This document shows, piece by piece, positions 10,591-21,375 of a stretch of 64,000 nucleotides of DNA. The position numbers and the translations under genes were made by a program. Source of the stretch: Trypanosoma brucei (lineage: Eukaryota); contig CH464491.1 of the NCBI GenBank assembly GCA_000002445.1, positions 5,152,001-5,216,000 of the forward strand, read 5' to 3'. The first letter of the stretch is position 1. Each line of letters begins with the position of its first letter. The notes under the pieces were generated by a model, which saw nothing but the letters and a program-made list of their open reading frames with translations, was not told where the DNA came from and did not search any database.

Positions 10591-13500
10591 GTGACACTGT
10601 CAAGGAATTGCACAGTGTACACGTGGACATCGCTGTATTCTCCCGATAGCGATCACCATCACATATTTTTCGACGTTATCGTTGGAGACGACACAGATGC
10701 ACTGAGTTGCCCGCGGCTTCGAAAGCCCATGTACGCATGGCTAAAAGCTGACTGGAGGAATATCCGTCTCAAGGTTGACGAGCTCTGCAGGAAAATTAAT
10801 AGAGAGAAGAACGTCAACACCCTGGAACAGAAATTGAGCTTCGCCATCCGCATTGCGACGAAGGTCTCCGTCCCCCGTGGCTGCAGAGCAACGCCACCAC
10901 ATTGGACACCTGAGCTCGCGAAACTCGATGAAGAGATCGCTGGATGCGGACCCTCCCACCGAAGGGAAAAGTTTATAGCCACGCGTAAGCAGATCCTGGA
11001 CCGTACCACAAAGAAGAGATGGAGCACGCTATGCTCCAGACTTGCGGTGTCAGACCGCTGCAGTTGGCACATTGTCAAGAAGGTATATCCGCCACGACCA
11101 CTAACCACACCGGCTGTACTTGTTGATAACGCGGCCATCACGGACTACCGTCAAGCTGAGAGGTTCATTAAACTGTACTCGTCCCGCGCAAGAAGGTACC
11201 CCGACTCACACACACCGGCACCAATAAAGACGATAGAGAGTGAGTTCAGTCCCATCACGATGGCTGAACTACAGAGATCGATCAAACTGCTACCGAGTGG
11301 ATCCGCAGCCGGACATGATTGCTTATACAACGAGGCACTACAACATCTCGGTAGAACAGCGTTGAATGTTGTGCTGAGGCTATTCAATGAGAGCCTACGA
11401 ACGGGAGTCGTGCCGCCTGCATGGAAGACTGGTGTTATCATCCCCATCCTGAAGGCCGGAAAAAAGGCGGAGGACCTCGATTCTTACAGGCCTGTGACGC
11501 TCACGAGCTGTCTCTGCAAAGTCATGGAGCGCATAATTGCCGCGAGACTTAGAGACACTGTTGAGTCCCAGCTGACGCCGCAGCAATCAGGCTTTCGCCC
11601 CGGTTGCTCAACGCTCGAACAACTCCTGCACGTCCGCGCTGCCCTCCGCCGTCCCACGCACCAATCTCGTACGGGTGCTGTATTTGTCGACTACGAGAAG
11701 GCATTCGATACAGTAGACCACGACAAAATTGCGAGGGAAATGCACAGAATGAAGGTATCACCCCACATTGTGAAGTGGTGCGTATCATTTCTGAGTAACC
11801 GAACTGGCAGAGTGAGATTCAAGGAGAAGCTTTCCAGAAGCAGAACATTTGAGCGAGGAGTGCCACAAGGAACTGTCCTTGGCCCAATCATGTTCATTAT
11901 TGTCATGAACTCGTTGAGCCAACGCCTTGCAGAAGTGCCGTTACTGCAGCACGGATTCTTTGCAGACGACCTGACGCTACTTGCGAGGCACACAGAGAGG
12001 GATGTCATCAACCACACGCTGCAATGCGGCCTAAACGTGGTGTTACAGTGGTCAAAAGAGTACTTCATGTCTGTCAACGTAGCGAAAACAAAGTGCACAC
12101 TCTTCGGGTGTATAGAGCGTCACCCCCTTACATTACAACTGGACGGCGAAAGAATAGGAGCTGACAGGACACCGAAGCTTCTAGGAGTAACATTCCAGTG
12201 TCTGCAGGGGATGGCAACACATGCGGCCGAGACGAGACGCAAGATGGATTTCAGACTACTGCAGATAGCAGCCATCTCAGCTTCTACATGGGGGCCAAGA
12301 CGACAAGTACTGAGAGCTTTTTATCTAGCACTCGTACAGGCACACACCATGTATGGCATTGAGGTATGGTACTGGGACGCTTCGGAACGAAGTCGCGACC
12401 TCCTTGTATCAGCACAACACAAAGCCAGTCACATCATAGCCGGCATACCGCATGGGACGCGCAAAGAGGACTCTCTGCTGGAAGCAAACCTCCTGCCACT
12501 CAAGACGACCACTCTTGTGCGCAGCATGAAATTCATGCTGATGTGTGAGTCACGAGGCGGATGTTTGCGGCGCAGTGCTGAAGAAGTATACCACAGCAAA
12601 CACCCAGTCAGAGCCCTACATTCCCGCATCATGCGGTCCTATCCCCAACTCCGCATTGAGCCACGCGAGCACCCACTAGAGACATCGACGCTCCGCCACA
12701 GCTGCCGACCGATATTTCACACGCAGATAAAGCCTGTGTGCGCTGATGACCCTGACGATGTCAAAAGGGAGGCTTCCGAAAAGTGGATTGAACGGCATTT
12801 TGCACGGAGGGGGAAGGAGCCACCGCGGCGAGAGCACTACGAATTGTGGACTGATGGATCCGTGTCCCTCGGTGAGAAGTCCGGAGCAACTGCCCTGCTC
12901 TACAGAAGCAACACGCTGATTTGCGCACCCAAAACCGGAGCAGGGGAACTCTCATGCAGTTACAGAGCGGAATGCGTAGCATTAGAGATAGGACTGCAAC
13001 GGCTGCTGAAATGGCTTCCGGCATACAGAAGCACAACGAGCAGGTTGTCCATCTTCTCTGACTCGCTGTCAATGTTAACAGCACTGCAGACAGGCCCCCT
13101 AGCCGTAACGGACCCAATTCTAAGACGACTATGGAGGCTTCTGTTTCAAGTTCAGAGAAGGAAGATACGTATCCGACTGCAATTTGTGTTTGGCCATTGT
13201 GGCGTGAAACGGAATGAGGTTTGTGACGAAATGGCCAAAAAGGCCGCAGATTTACCACAGTTGCGAGACACATGGATCCCCAACATCATTGCTTATGCGA
13301 AGCGAGTGCTTAGGTCGGAAGAAGTCTATGAGAACACTCATAGGTTTGGTATCACGGGCAACCACTTTCCAACAAAACCTAAGAAAGAAGAACTGACGAG
13401 GGAGGAAGAAACGGCACTGGCACGCTTTCGGGTTGGGTCCTCAAGACACTATGGCTGGATGTTGCGAAAGATCAACCCGAGTGTGCCTCCACAGTGCCGA

Positions 13501-14757
13501 TGGTGCAACCCGCAACATGCAGAGATAGGGCCAACAATACAAACAGCCCTACCTGTTGCGACACGCACTCTTCAGAGAACCTCCGAACCGACCAAATGTA
13601 CGGAATGTGATGCCACATACCAATGCCGCTCGAGTGCTGTAACGCACATGGTAAACAAACATGGCTTTGTGCGAGCTGATGCCCTCCGGAGAATCAAATA
13701 CGGCGATGCAACACCTGCAGTGGACATCCCCCCGGAGCCCCCTCCAGTGGTGGCGATCGTTCCTCTACCATCGAGCACACGAGTCCTGATAAGACCGCAG
13801 GTGCTTCATTGTACCCTCTGTGCCTCCAAATTCGCAGTGCCAGGCCGACTATTACACCACCTTAGAACAATACATGGCATAGGCAGCGGTAGTTGCCGCG
13901 TGAAAAGGGGTCGAGAGAACGAAGACTCATTGCAAGGAGATGGTAGAGCTCCAGCAGCGCTAGCCTCTCAGGATACACGGAAGCTGCCGTTTCAATGTGA
14001 CCTGTGCGAGCCGAGCTTCGGTACACGTTCTTCCCTGTCACTACACAAGAAATTCAAACATAAGGGCATGGTGACGGAGGACGGTACCGTGGTGTTGGTG
14101 CAATTCCCTCGTAAGCGTGCCCGTGAGGGAAACGTTGACGTCCCGGGGAAAGGCGAGGTGCAGTGTGGTGTGTGCCAAAAAGTGCTCAGTTGCAGGGACT
14201 CCCTCATCCGACACTGTAAGGCTTTCCACAAAGGTGAGGGAGTGGAGCTTAAATGCAGCAAAAGCACAAAATTGTGTGCCACTGATTCCCCGCATACAAA
14301 CGCATCCATCTTGGTGTGCCCGACATGCGGAAGGCAGTGTGCTAGCAAAACTGGCCTCACCCTACATCAAAAGAAGATGCACGGTATGAAGGTAGAGCGC
14401 GCTGTTACCAGCCAACGCGGCGAATGCGAAGAAACGTCGCTGCACTTGATGAGCTGTCCCGGTTTGAAGGAGTTACGTGTCAGGTTTGCGGTAGAATGTG
14501 AGTGTGTGCAGGATGTATGTTTCTCTAAAAGGCTGGCGCAGTTTCTCATTGCGGTTGAACGGAGCCGGCCGCAGGTGAAGTCCTCACCTAAGGTAACAGT
14601 CATACAACCCACTCTCCCTTCTGCAACTTCCCCCCTTATTGCCGAGTGTGGAGCCAGCAGGAAAAGCACCGGACGCAGGAATAGTCCAGACACCCTCAGA
14701 GACAGAGAGGGTATGCAGTCAACAAGCAACAGAAACAGAAAGAGGGAGAGAGAATAA
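10591..14757 (+). CDS. ingi polyprotein remnant (RT, RNase H-like region, five C2H2 zinc fingers), 1388-aa ORF
   Basis: RT motifs (FVDYEKAFDTVDHDKI, FFADDLTLLA), an RNase H-like region (TDGSVSLGEKSGATALL...) and fingers (CTECDATYQCRSSAVTHMVNKHG, FQCDLCEPSFGTRSSLSLHKKFKHKG, VQCGVCQKVLSCRDSLIRHCKAFHKG, CPTCGRQCASKTGLTLHQKKMHG). The upstream AP-endonuclease segment (10135-10509) is cut off by in-frame stops. Confidence 0.85.
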   Translation: MTLSRNCTVYTWTSLYSPDSDHHHIFFDVIVGDDTDALSCPRLRKPMYAWLKADWRNIRLKVDELCRKINREKNVNTLEQKLSFAIRIATKVSVPRGCRATPPHWTPELAKLDEEIAGCGPSHRREKFIATRKQILDRTTKKRWSTLCSRLAVSDRCSWHIVKKVYPPRPLTTPAVLVDNAAITDYRQAERFIKLYSSRARRYPDSHTPAPIKTIESEFSPITMAELQRSIKLLPSGSAAGHDCLYNEALQHLGRTALNVVLRLFNESLRTGVVPPAWKTGVIIPILKAGKKAEDLDSYRPVTLTSCLCKVMERIIAARLRDTVESQLTPQQSGFRPGCSTLEQLLHVRAALRRPTHQSRTGAVFVDYEKAFDTVDHDKIAREMHRMKVSPHIVKWCVSFLSNRTGRVRFKEKLSRSRTFERGVPQGTVLGPIMFIIVMNSLSQRLAEVPLLQHGFFADDLTLLARHTERDVINHTLQCGLNVVLQWSKEYFMSVNVAKTKCTLFGCIERHPLTLQLDGERIGADRTPKLLGVTFQCLQGMATHAAETRRKMDFRLLQIAAISASTWGPRRQVLRAFYLALVQAHTMYGIEVWYWDASERSRDLLVSAQHKASHIIAGIPHGTRKEDSLLEANLLPLKTTTLVRSMKFMLMCESRGGCLRRSAEEVYHSKHPVRALHSRIMRSYPQLRIEPREHPLETSTLRHSCRPIFHTQIKPVCADDPDDVKREASEKWIERHFARRGKEPPRREHYELWTDGSVSLGEKSGATALLYRSNTLICAPKTGAGELSCSYRAECVALEIGLQRLLKWLPAYRSTTSRLSIFSDSLSMLTALQTGPLAVTDPILRRLWRLLFQVQRRKIRIRLQFVFGHCGVKRNEVCDEMAKKAADLPQLRDTWIPNIIAYAKRVLRSEEVYENTHRFGITGNHFPTKPKKEELTREEETALARFRVGSSRHYGWMLRKINPSVPPQCRWCNPQHAEIGPTIQTALPVATRTLQRTSEPTKCTECDATYQCRSSAVTHMVNKHGFVRADALRRIKYGDATPAVDIPPEPPPVVAIVPLPSSTRVLIRPQVLHCTLCASKFAVPGRLLHHLRTIHGIGSGSCRVKRGRENEDSLQGDGRAPAALASQDTRKLPFQCDLCEPSFGTRSSLSLHKKFKHKGMVTEDGTVVLVQFPRKRAREGNVDVPGKGEVQCGVCQKVLSCRDSLIRHCKAFHKGEGVELKCSKSTKLCATDSPHTNASILVCPTCGRQCASKTGLTLHQKKMHGMKVERAVTSQRGECEETSLHLMSCPGLKELRVRFAVECECVQDVCFSKRLAQFLIAVERSRPQVKSSPKVTVIQPTLPSATSPLIAECGASRKSTGRRNSPDTLRDREGMQSTSNRNRKRERE

Positions 14758-15589
14758 TAAACGAATAACAAAAATCAAAATAAAAGGATTGCTAATTCAC
14801 ATCTTTTGGAGAGTCCGGGGTGGGGGGTTTCTCGCCCCATCTGCTGTATTCCGTTCAACTGCGGAGCTACAACAAAAAATTATAGAGAGTGTGTTAGGCT
14901 GAATAAAAAAGGGAGACTCTGCCACAGTCGCCAGACCGATAGCATCTCAGGGCTCTACGGTGATGGCTGATGGCCGCGCCAGTGGGGGGAAACTCCCACG
15001 AAGGCACGAAGAAAATTTGAAAAATATTTCTGTGTCTTCGTCTTTTCCTTTTTTATTTTGTGTTTTTTCCGTCGGTGATGTAGAGATCGTTTTACCGGTA
15101 GATTTTGTAGGTACATACGCTCGGTTGCCGTTGTGATCTGTTTCGTAATACTTACAGCATGTATGCTTATTGTTATTATGATCATTTTTCCATTTGAGCG
15201 TTTAAAATTGCATATAATCAATAAACATTCCTGTTTTTATGTTAATCGTTATCACTAAATTAAGATTGTTACGAGTTCACTGTTGTTTACGTGCTTTTTT
15301 GTTCTATCATTCGATTTCTCCTGCTTCTTTTATAATTATATTAATATGTAATGAAAACACGCTCCTCTAATTATTACGGTTACTATATTATTATAACGCT
15401 ACACAATATCCACAAGGAAAATAAGTCATGTTCGAAAATGTTTTCTAATTTACACTTTATATGAAAAACTATTGATATTTATCAAGTGTGAGTAATTTTA
15501 GAAAGTTCTTTCAAAAACGAAAACTTTCATAGTTTCCACAATTTTCATATAATTTAGCAAAAATCTTTTAAAAATAATTCTTTAAAGTG

Positions 15590-17071
15590 TTATACTATAA
15601 TAAAAAATGCAAGCAAAAAAGGGGCATTATTAATTAAAAGAAAATTGCTTCCTGTGTTGTTTGTTTTTCCATCTTTATCTTCTTGGTTTGCTTTTTCTAG
15701 TGCTTGTTTTCTTTCCTTGATCAATGTACACTTTTTGTCCTTCTCGCCATCTTTGTTGAAAACGCACTCCTTATCCTTTAGTTTTTCGCATGCTTCTTGG
15801 TCATCTCCTGCTGCATTGCAAACTTTCTCCTTGTCTTGCACACTTGGAACTTTGCACTTAGAATTTTCCGTTGCCTTTTGTAATTCCTTGCCCTTCGCAG
15901 CTAGCTCCTGAACTCTTTGTCTCTCATAGTGCGTTAATATTAGGTTTAGTTGCCTAAGCTCTTTTATCTTACCGAGTTCTGTGTTTCCGTCTTTTTGGTC
16001 TGTGAATAGGCTATTGGGTATTGAGTTGCTGTCAATTGTGGCCCACAATTTGGCTAGGTCATGTTTTTTCGTTGCGCCGTACGTATTGGTAATTGTGTTT
16101 TCCGCTGCAGTTTTGTGGCTGACGTCGCTGTAGTCGTCGGTGTTGTTGAGCAGGCTGTCGTGCACTGCGGCTTTCGTTCGCTTACTTCTTTTCAAGTTGC
16201 TAATTTCTGTTTTTTCTTGCGTGCTGAGCTGTAGCATTCTGCTCTGCAGGTGTTCAGCCAGTGCCTTTCTGGCGTTAAAGTAAAGCACCGGTGTGTTTGA
16301 GGTTGCCTGTTTGTCGAAGGTTTGTAGGTCTTTGGTTGAAAGGTCGGCGCCGTTTGGCGGCAGTTCAAAGAAACCCCCGGCGTAAGGTACGGCCGCGGCT
16401 GTCTGTCCGCCGTTGGTGATACCGCCGCCGCCGGTTTGCCCTTTCGTTAGGGCGCAGTTTTTGCTAGCGTCTGTGTGGCCGCCGGCGGCGCCGGTTATTC
16501 TAGCGGCTTTGAAAAGCGCTTCTGGCGTGTGGCCGTAGTCTTGGGGCGGTTCTGTCGCTCCTTCCGTAACAGCCAGCTTGCATTGCCCGAGGTTGGCCGC
16601 CCCTTGGGTTGCGTCGCCCGTCCCGGCCTCTATAAGACAGCCGTGCGTACCGCTGGACGAATGAGCTTGTGCTGCTATTGTTAGAAATTCAGTTATTCCG
16701 CCGTGAAGGAAATTTGAGTGCGCAGTTGACTTGATTGCCTTGTCTACGCCATCTTTAAGGTCCGCGATAGAGGTCCCTTGTAGTTCGTCTTGAGCTAGCA
16801 GAATTGGAAAGAGCTCCAGTGCTTGTTGCGCCGGCTGCCTGGCTACGTATATGCGCAACTTTAAGTCGGCCACCGCTTGGTTATGTAACTGGTCGAGCTT
16901 GCTACTGACGTCGGCTCGTACTTTCTGAGTCAGGCCTGCCAGCGTCGCTGAAATGTCGCAAAGGGGCTTCCACGCCGCTGCTGAGATGCCGTTGCCGCCT
17001 GTTGCTGCACCGCGCCTGGTCGCTATACCGAGCACTAGCGCAGTTGCTACCATCGCCTGGTGCGGCTTCAT
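15590..17071 (-). CDS. VSG: variant surface glycoprotein, apparently intact (493 aa)
   Basis: Uninterrupted ORF with signal peptide MKPHQAMVATALVLGIATRRGAATG, a cysteine-rich C-terminal domain and a hydrophobic GPI-signal tail TGSNFLLINNAPFLLAFFIIV. Confidence 0.85.
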   Translation of the reverse strand: MKPHQAMVATALVLGIATRRGAATGGNGISAAAWKPLCDISATLAGLTQKVRADVSSKLDQLHNQAVADLKLRIYVARQPAQQALELFPILLAQDELQGTSIADLKDGVDKAIKSTAHSNFLHGGITEFLTIAAQAHSSSGTHGCLIEAGTGDATQGAANLGQCKLAVTEGATEPPQDYGHTPEALFKAARITGAAGGHTDASKNCALTKGQTGGGGITNGGQTAAAVPYAGGFFELPPNGADLSTKDLQTFDKQATSNTPVLYFNARKALAEHLQSRMLQLSTQEKTEISNLKRSKRTKAAVHDSLLNNTDDYSDVSHKTAAENTITNTYGATKKHDLAKLWATIDSNSIPNSLFTDQKDGNTELGKIKELRQLNLILTHYERQRVQELAAKGKELQKATENSKCKVPSVQDKEKVCNAAGDDQEACEKLKDKECVFNKDGEKDKKCTLIKERKQALEKANQEDKDGKTNNTGSNFLLINNAPFLLAFFIIV

Positions 17072-17943
17072 GTCGGTCGTGTCGGGCTGTTATTTTTTTC
17101 GCTTGCTTGTATTTGCTGTTAGTTTTGCCCTTCAAGTAAAAAGACTTGCGGCTGGCCTGCGCATGCCGTGAACCATTAGGTACGCCGTTTGTTTCCGAAA
17201 TGTATATTAAAAGAATAAAAATATATAAAAACAGCTATTTGACATCCACTTTGCTTCGTTAGCTACACATTTCCGTCATTTTTTGCTTTTCCCTGTATAC
17301 ACGCCGCTTGTCGCTTGAGTTTGAACAAACACTCACATATTGCCGATCTACTACCCTTCCTTTTGTACATTCTCAATAATGTTTTAACTTACCCATAAGC
17401 CCCCGCTTAAACCCCCGAATTTTTTACTCCACCTTGTCTTGCTGTTTCAACCTTAACCAGACTTACAGAGTATGTGCTGAGTGCCTGTGGCTCTGCTGTC
17501 CGCTTTTTAACGTTTGTACTGACGCCTGATTAAAAACCGCAGTTATTATCATTATCTCGCCAATGAAATTTGTCAATTTGTAAGTGAAATTTGAGGCACA
17601 ATATCCTCATGTATTATTATCTTCTTTGCCGAGTTTTTGCAAGTTCTGCGGTTGCCTTATATGTCCCCTTTTTTTACCTGTCGCTTAACTCGCTACAATT
17701 AGCGGAGCTCCGTCGCCTTACTTTCACACTGCAGCCTCCGCCCTCATTACTCCCACTTCAAAGATTATACTTGACACCTCACAAATTTCATATATATTTT
17801 CCTCTGTGTTACTCTGCGGCATCGTCCCTAATAGTCCTTGCACCTGGTGTTCCACATAGTATTAGTTACTCATCTTCGTTGTTTACTGATCATTCAGCTT
17901 GTCGTTTCGACATTCAGCTGCAGTGTTACCTTCCCTACTGAAT

Positions 17944-17981
17944 TTATTATATTTGTATATACACTCTCACAACAAACTCCT

Positions 17982-18058
<77 letters not shown>

Positions 18059-18064
18059 TTTATC
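17944..18064 (-). repeat. 70-bp repeat with (TAA)n tract
   Basis: tatttgtatatacactctcacaacaaac core followed by about 25 ATT triplets. Confidence 0.85.
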
Positions 18065-18243
18065 CCAATTTTATTTTAATAGTCATGAAAAATGAATTGA
18101 ATAAAATAAAAAACCGTTCATTTTTCATGACTATTACCATATTAATTTGCACCCATAGGATACTATCATACGAATTTTACTGAAATTATAATTTTTTAAT
18201 ACTTTTAAATTTCTCAAAAAAGCAAAATTTAACACATTTTTTA

Positions 18244-19460
18244 TCATCTAAGCAAAACTGCAAGCAAAAGATGCACCTCATTAATTACAAACGAATTACT
18301 TCCTGTGGTGTTTGTTTTACCTGTTGTCCCCGTTGTCCCTTCCACTTTAGCCTTGCACTCCCCATCTTTGAATTCACAGCCATCCTTTTCGTTGCATTTA
18401 GTTTCGTCTATTCATTCCTTGCATTCCTTGTTCTTTGTCCGTGTTTTTTTTGCGTTTGATTCAAATTTATTCTGCGCTTTCTCTTTTCTGTATTAGTCTC
18501 CTAAAAAAAACCCCATTGCCCAAGCGTAGTCTCTGCATGTACTTAATGAGATTAAACCGCTGCTAATTTTTTTACTGCTGATTTAGAAGTCCATCTTGTT
18601 GTCTTCCAGCTCTTTTAAAAATCTTTCATTCACTGTACCATCGGTGGAGCCCAGGAGCTCCTAGACAGCTTTCTTCAAGGCTTTACTTTGAAGTGCTGAT
18701 TCTTGTGGCCGAGCTGTTATTAGAAACGCCGCCGTTGCAACATCTACTTCTCTGTGTAGGTCCCCTAATTTTTGGTGGATAACTTGTCTAGTAGATTTAA
18801 GGTTATGATCTTGCCTGTGCATATTGCGAAGGCTGATGCTTTTTGGCTGACATACGATTGTTTGTCTTTGGTTTCGTCGTGCTAGCAAGCCACGCCAGCG
18901 CCGGTTGGTCTGAGTTCTAAACGGCTGACAGTGTCCCAGGCCGCCGTTCTCGTTAGCGGTTATAGCAACAGGCCGTCTTCGACCCTGCTGATGTCCGCCG
19001 CGCCGGTTTGCGCGTATGCCGCGTTGTCTGGCGTTTGTGGGGTTATTGCGGTGCCGAATTTCCCTATCGTAAAAATCTTGGCTCTCAGCCCTGTTTGCCT
19101 GAAGCCTTCATCTTTTACTGCTACGAAGTGCGTCAGTGTTGGTGATTTGTCCGCATTCTCTTTTTTTTGCATCGGTTGAGGGTTCATCGGCGCAATTGTG
19201 TGGTATGGGTGCTTTCCGGCTGATTGTTACCGTGCAGAGTTTACCTGCCGCTCCTCCGATGTTAGAACCGCTTGGTACGCTGCTCGCATGGGTCAGCTTT
19301 GACGTTGGTGAAAACTGCAGACCACTCGCTGCTTTAAGCTGTGCGATTCTGACATGTACTCTGTTTATCGTCGATTGTAGATTTGGTTCCTTGTCGCTGA
19401 CATCTTGTTGTAGCCTGTTCTCCCGTCTTGTCGCTGCCGCCGCGAGAGCGGTCCGCATGA
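18244..19460 (-). pseudogene. VSG: VSG pseudogene, degenerate
   Basis: The C-terminal domain plus GPI signal is clear at 18244-18480 (CNEKDGCEFKDGECKAKVEGTTGTTGKTNTTGSNSFVINEVHLLLAVLL). Upstream ORFs 18661-18888, 18960-19187 and 19108-19458 are VSG-like only in composition (GSNIGGAAGKLCTVT...) and sit in different frames. Confidence 0.45.
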
Positions 19461-21054
19461 TTTTATTTTTTCCACTGCTGGCCAGACATGCCGCCGCTTG
19501 CTACGCCACTGCTTCCTGCTGCAATTCTCTGGCGCGCTAATCTGCGGCGCTTAGCCGCGCTTGGAAGTTCGTTTCGATGTGCTCTAGGAACTTGATTTTT
19601 TGGCAGCCATTCGTTTCCGCTTTTGCAGCAGTTTCTGAACCTTGTGATCGATGCATCAGAAAAAATCAGCGTGACGAAGGCGATTTTCAGGAAATTTTGC
19701 TGTCTAGCGGCTTATCCATGTTTTAAGCTTTGGATTTCGGTCTTATTCCTCTGTCTTAGAGCAGACAATTTTAGAAGAAACGTTGCTCCGACTTTCCGTG
19801 CTACGGTTTCTGTAAGGCCACCAAAGCCGCTGGCTTACTTACCTTATTCAATTACCTCGGTTGTTGGTTCTTTGCTGGTTTCGTATTCTACTGCTATGCG
19901 CTCGAGGTTCTTAGTGTTTGCTTTGCTGGAGGTTTAAAACGTGAAAAAAATGGAAATAAGTTAAGACACAGAATCTCCATTTTAAAACTCAACCAATATC
20001 ACCCCACATTTATATGTGAAACAAGTAAAATTTATGTTTGGTGTGTTCCTCTAATGTGTCTCAACTCGTGTTGTGTTGATGTATCATCAATAACTATATA
20101 ACAGTGACGCTTTGTCTTTACGAATGAGCTTGAGTATTTCACGCAGCCTCTCTGACTGTTTTTTGCCTCTTTAGCTTCCTTGTCGATCACCGGGGCCCTT
20201 TTTGCAGTGATTCTCTTTTAATTTGTTGTTACAGTCCTTTACTGCCGTATCAGGGTATATTTTAACGTTAATTAGTTGTTAATTGAAAGGCTGGAGCGTC
20301 TATTCTCTGTATCAATGGAGCGCGGATAGAGTGCAATTTTCAACACTCTGCACTTCATACAAAGTTCGCCAGAAACTGCATATATGAGCAATTCAAAGCA
20401 TTGTCCGAGTTCTCTTTCCTCTTTTTCTCTGCACTGTAATCCATTTATATTTCCGTTATAAAATGTCCCACATGACTAAATTATATTGTGTTCCATAAAT
20501 GGTATACATTATTACAATATCTGATGGAAGGATAAATTAGACGTTACCTCGTATTTACACAACACTTTTATGCGTTAGCTTCTTCGTTTCTGGACATTAT
20601 GGCCCGCCATCACATTAACAAACTACAGTTGTCAACATCTCCGCTGTTGAATCTCTCCATCTTTGGGGAAAATGTAGAGCACAACATCCTTCCGTATTAC
20701 TTCTCCGCTACACTACAGCTCATCCTGTTACTTCACTCTGCATTTTCTTTCCTTTATCGTTTACTATTTCTAGTTCTGAAAATAACGTAGTGACTCGATT
20801 TTGTCTGAACACTTGTTTTAACTCTAAATATTTTTTCATACCTCCATCAGCTCCATATGTGTGATTTTGGGAAGCTTCATGTTTTATGTTGGAAAATGCG
20901 CATATGCTATCTCCTCCACCTTTACTCTACTCTTTCTTTCAAATTCTTCTCATGCCTTCACTTCCCACTCAACAGCTGACACACATACTCACAGTACACC
21001 TCGATGTTGTTCTAAGTGCTTCAACTTTGTGCTTCCAGTTGTTTTCCACCACCG

Positions 21055-21112
21055 CTCTTATTATAATATTCGTATATACACACTCACAAAACTTTCCTAT
21101 TATTATTATAAA
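21055..21112 (-). repeat. 70-bp repeat, single unit
   Basis: ttattataatattcgtatatacacactcacaaaac core. Confidence 0.8.
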
Positions 21113-21375
21113 CCTAACTAATATGTATAAAAGACTCAAATTAATAATAGTAATAATTTTGCTAACACTAACACCTTGTTTCTATACACGCACAGGCCAC
21201 AATTTTACACATATTACTTTTATTATTCAAAATTTTCAAAATTTCACATTTTAATCAAAAAGTGTAAGAATATGTCAAATTGTATCAAATTATCCAAAAT
21301 TATCTTAAAATAGCAATTTTTGATAAATATCATAAAGTTTCATTAAATTGGGAAAAAATACTTTAAAGTTCTTAA

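Larger units (their letters stand above)
9771..15022 (+). mobile_element. ingi: ingi non-LTR (LINE-like) retrotransposon, copy 1, about 5.25 kb
   Basis: 5' end ...CCCTGGCGATGCCGGCCACCTCAACGTGGTGCCAGGGTCCAGTACCCCGTATCATCGG and 3' end ...GGAAACTCCCACGAAGGCACGAAGAAAATT are shared with copy 2 at 50764-56028; similarity stops at these positions. The internal ORF encodes RT, an RNase H-like region and C2H2 fingers. Confidence 0.9.

Noticed and set aside
9771-15022. Target-site duplications flanking the ingi elements
   Set aside because: I could not find convincing matching 10-12-nt direct repeats at either pair of junctions by eye (left ...ctattttgcctagggtc / right tgaaaaatatttctg for copy 1; left ...gttttggctttatc / right tgcctctgtttttc for copy 2). 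This argues for rearrangement after insertion, but needs a computational check.
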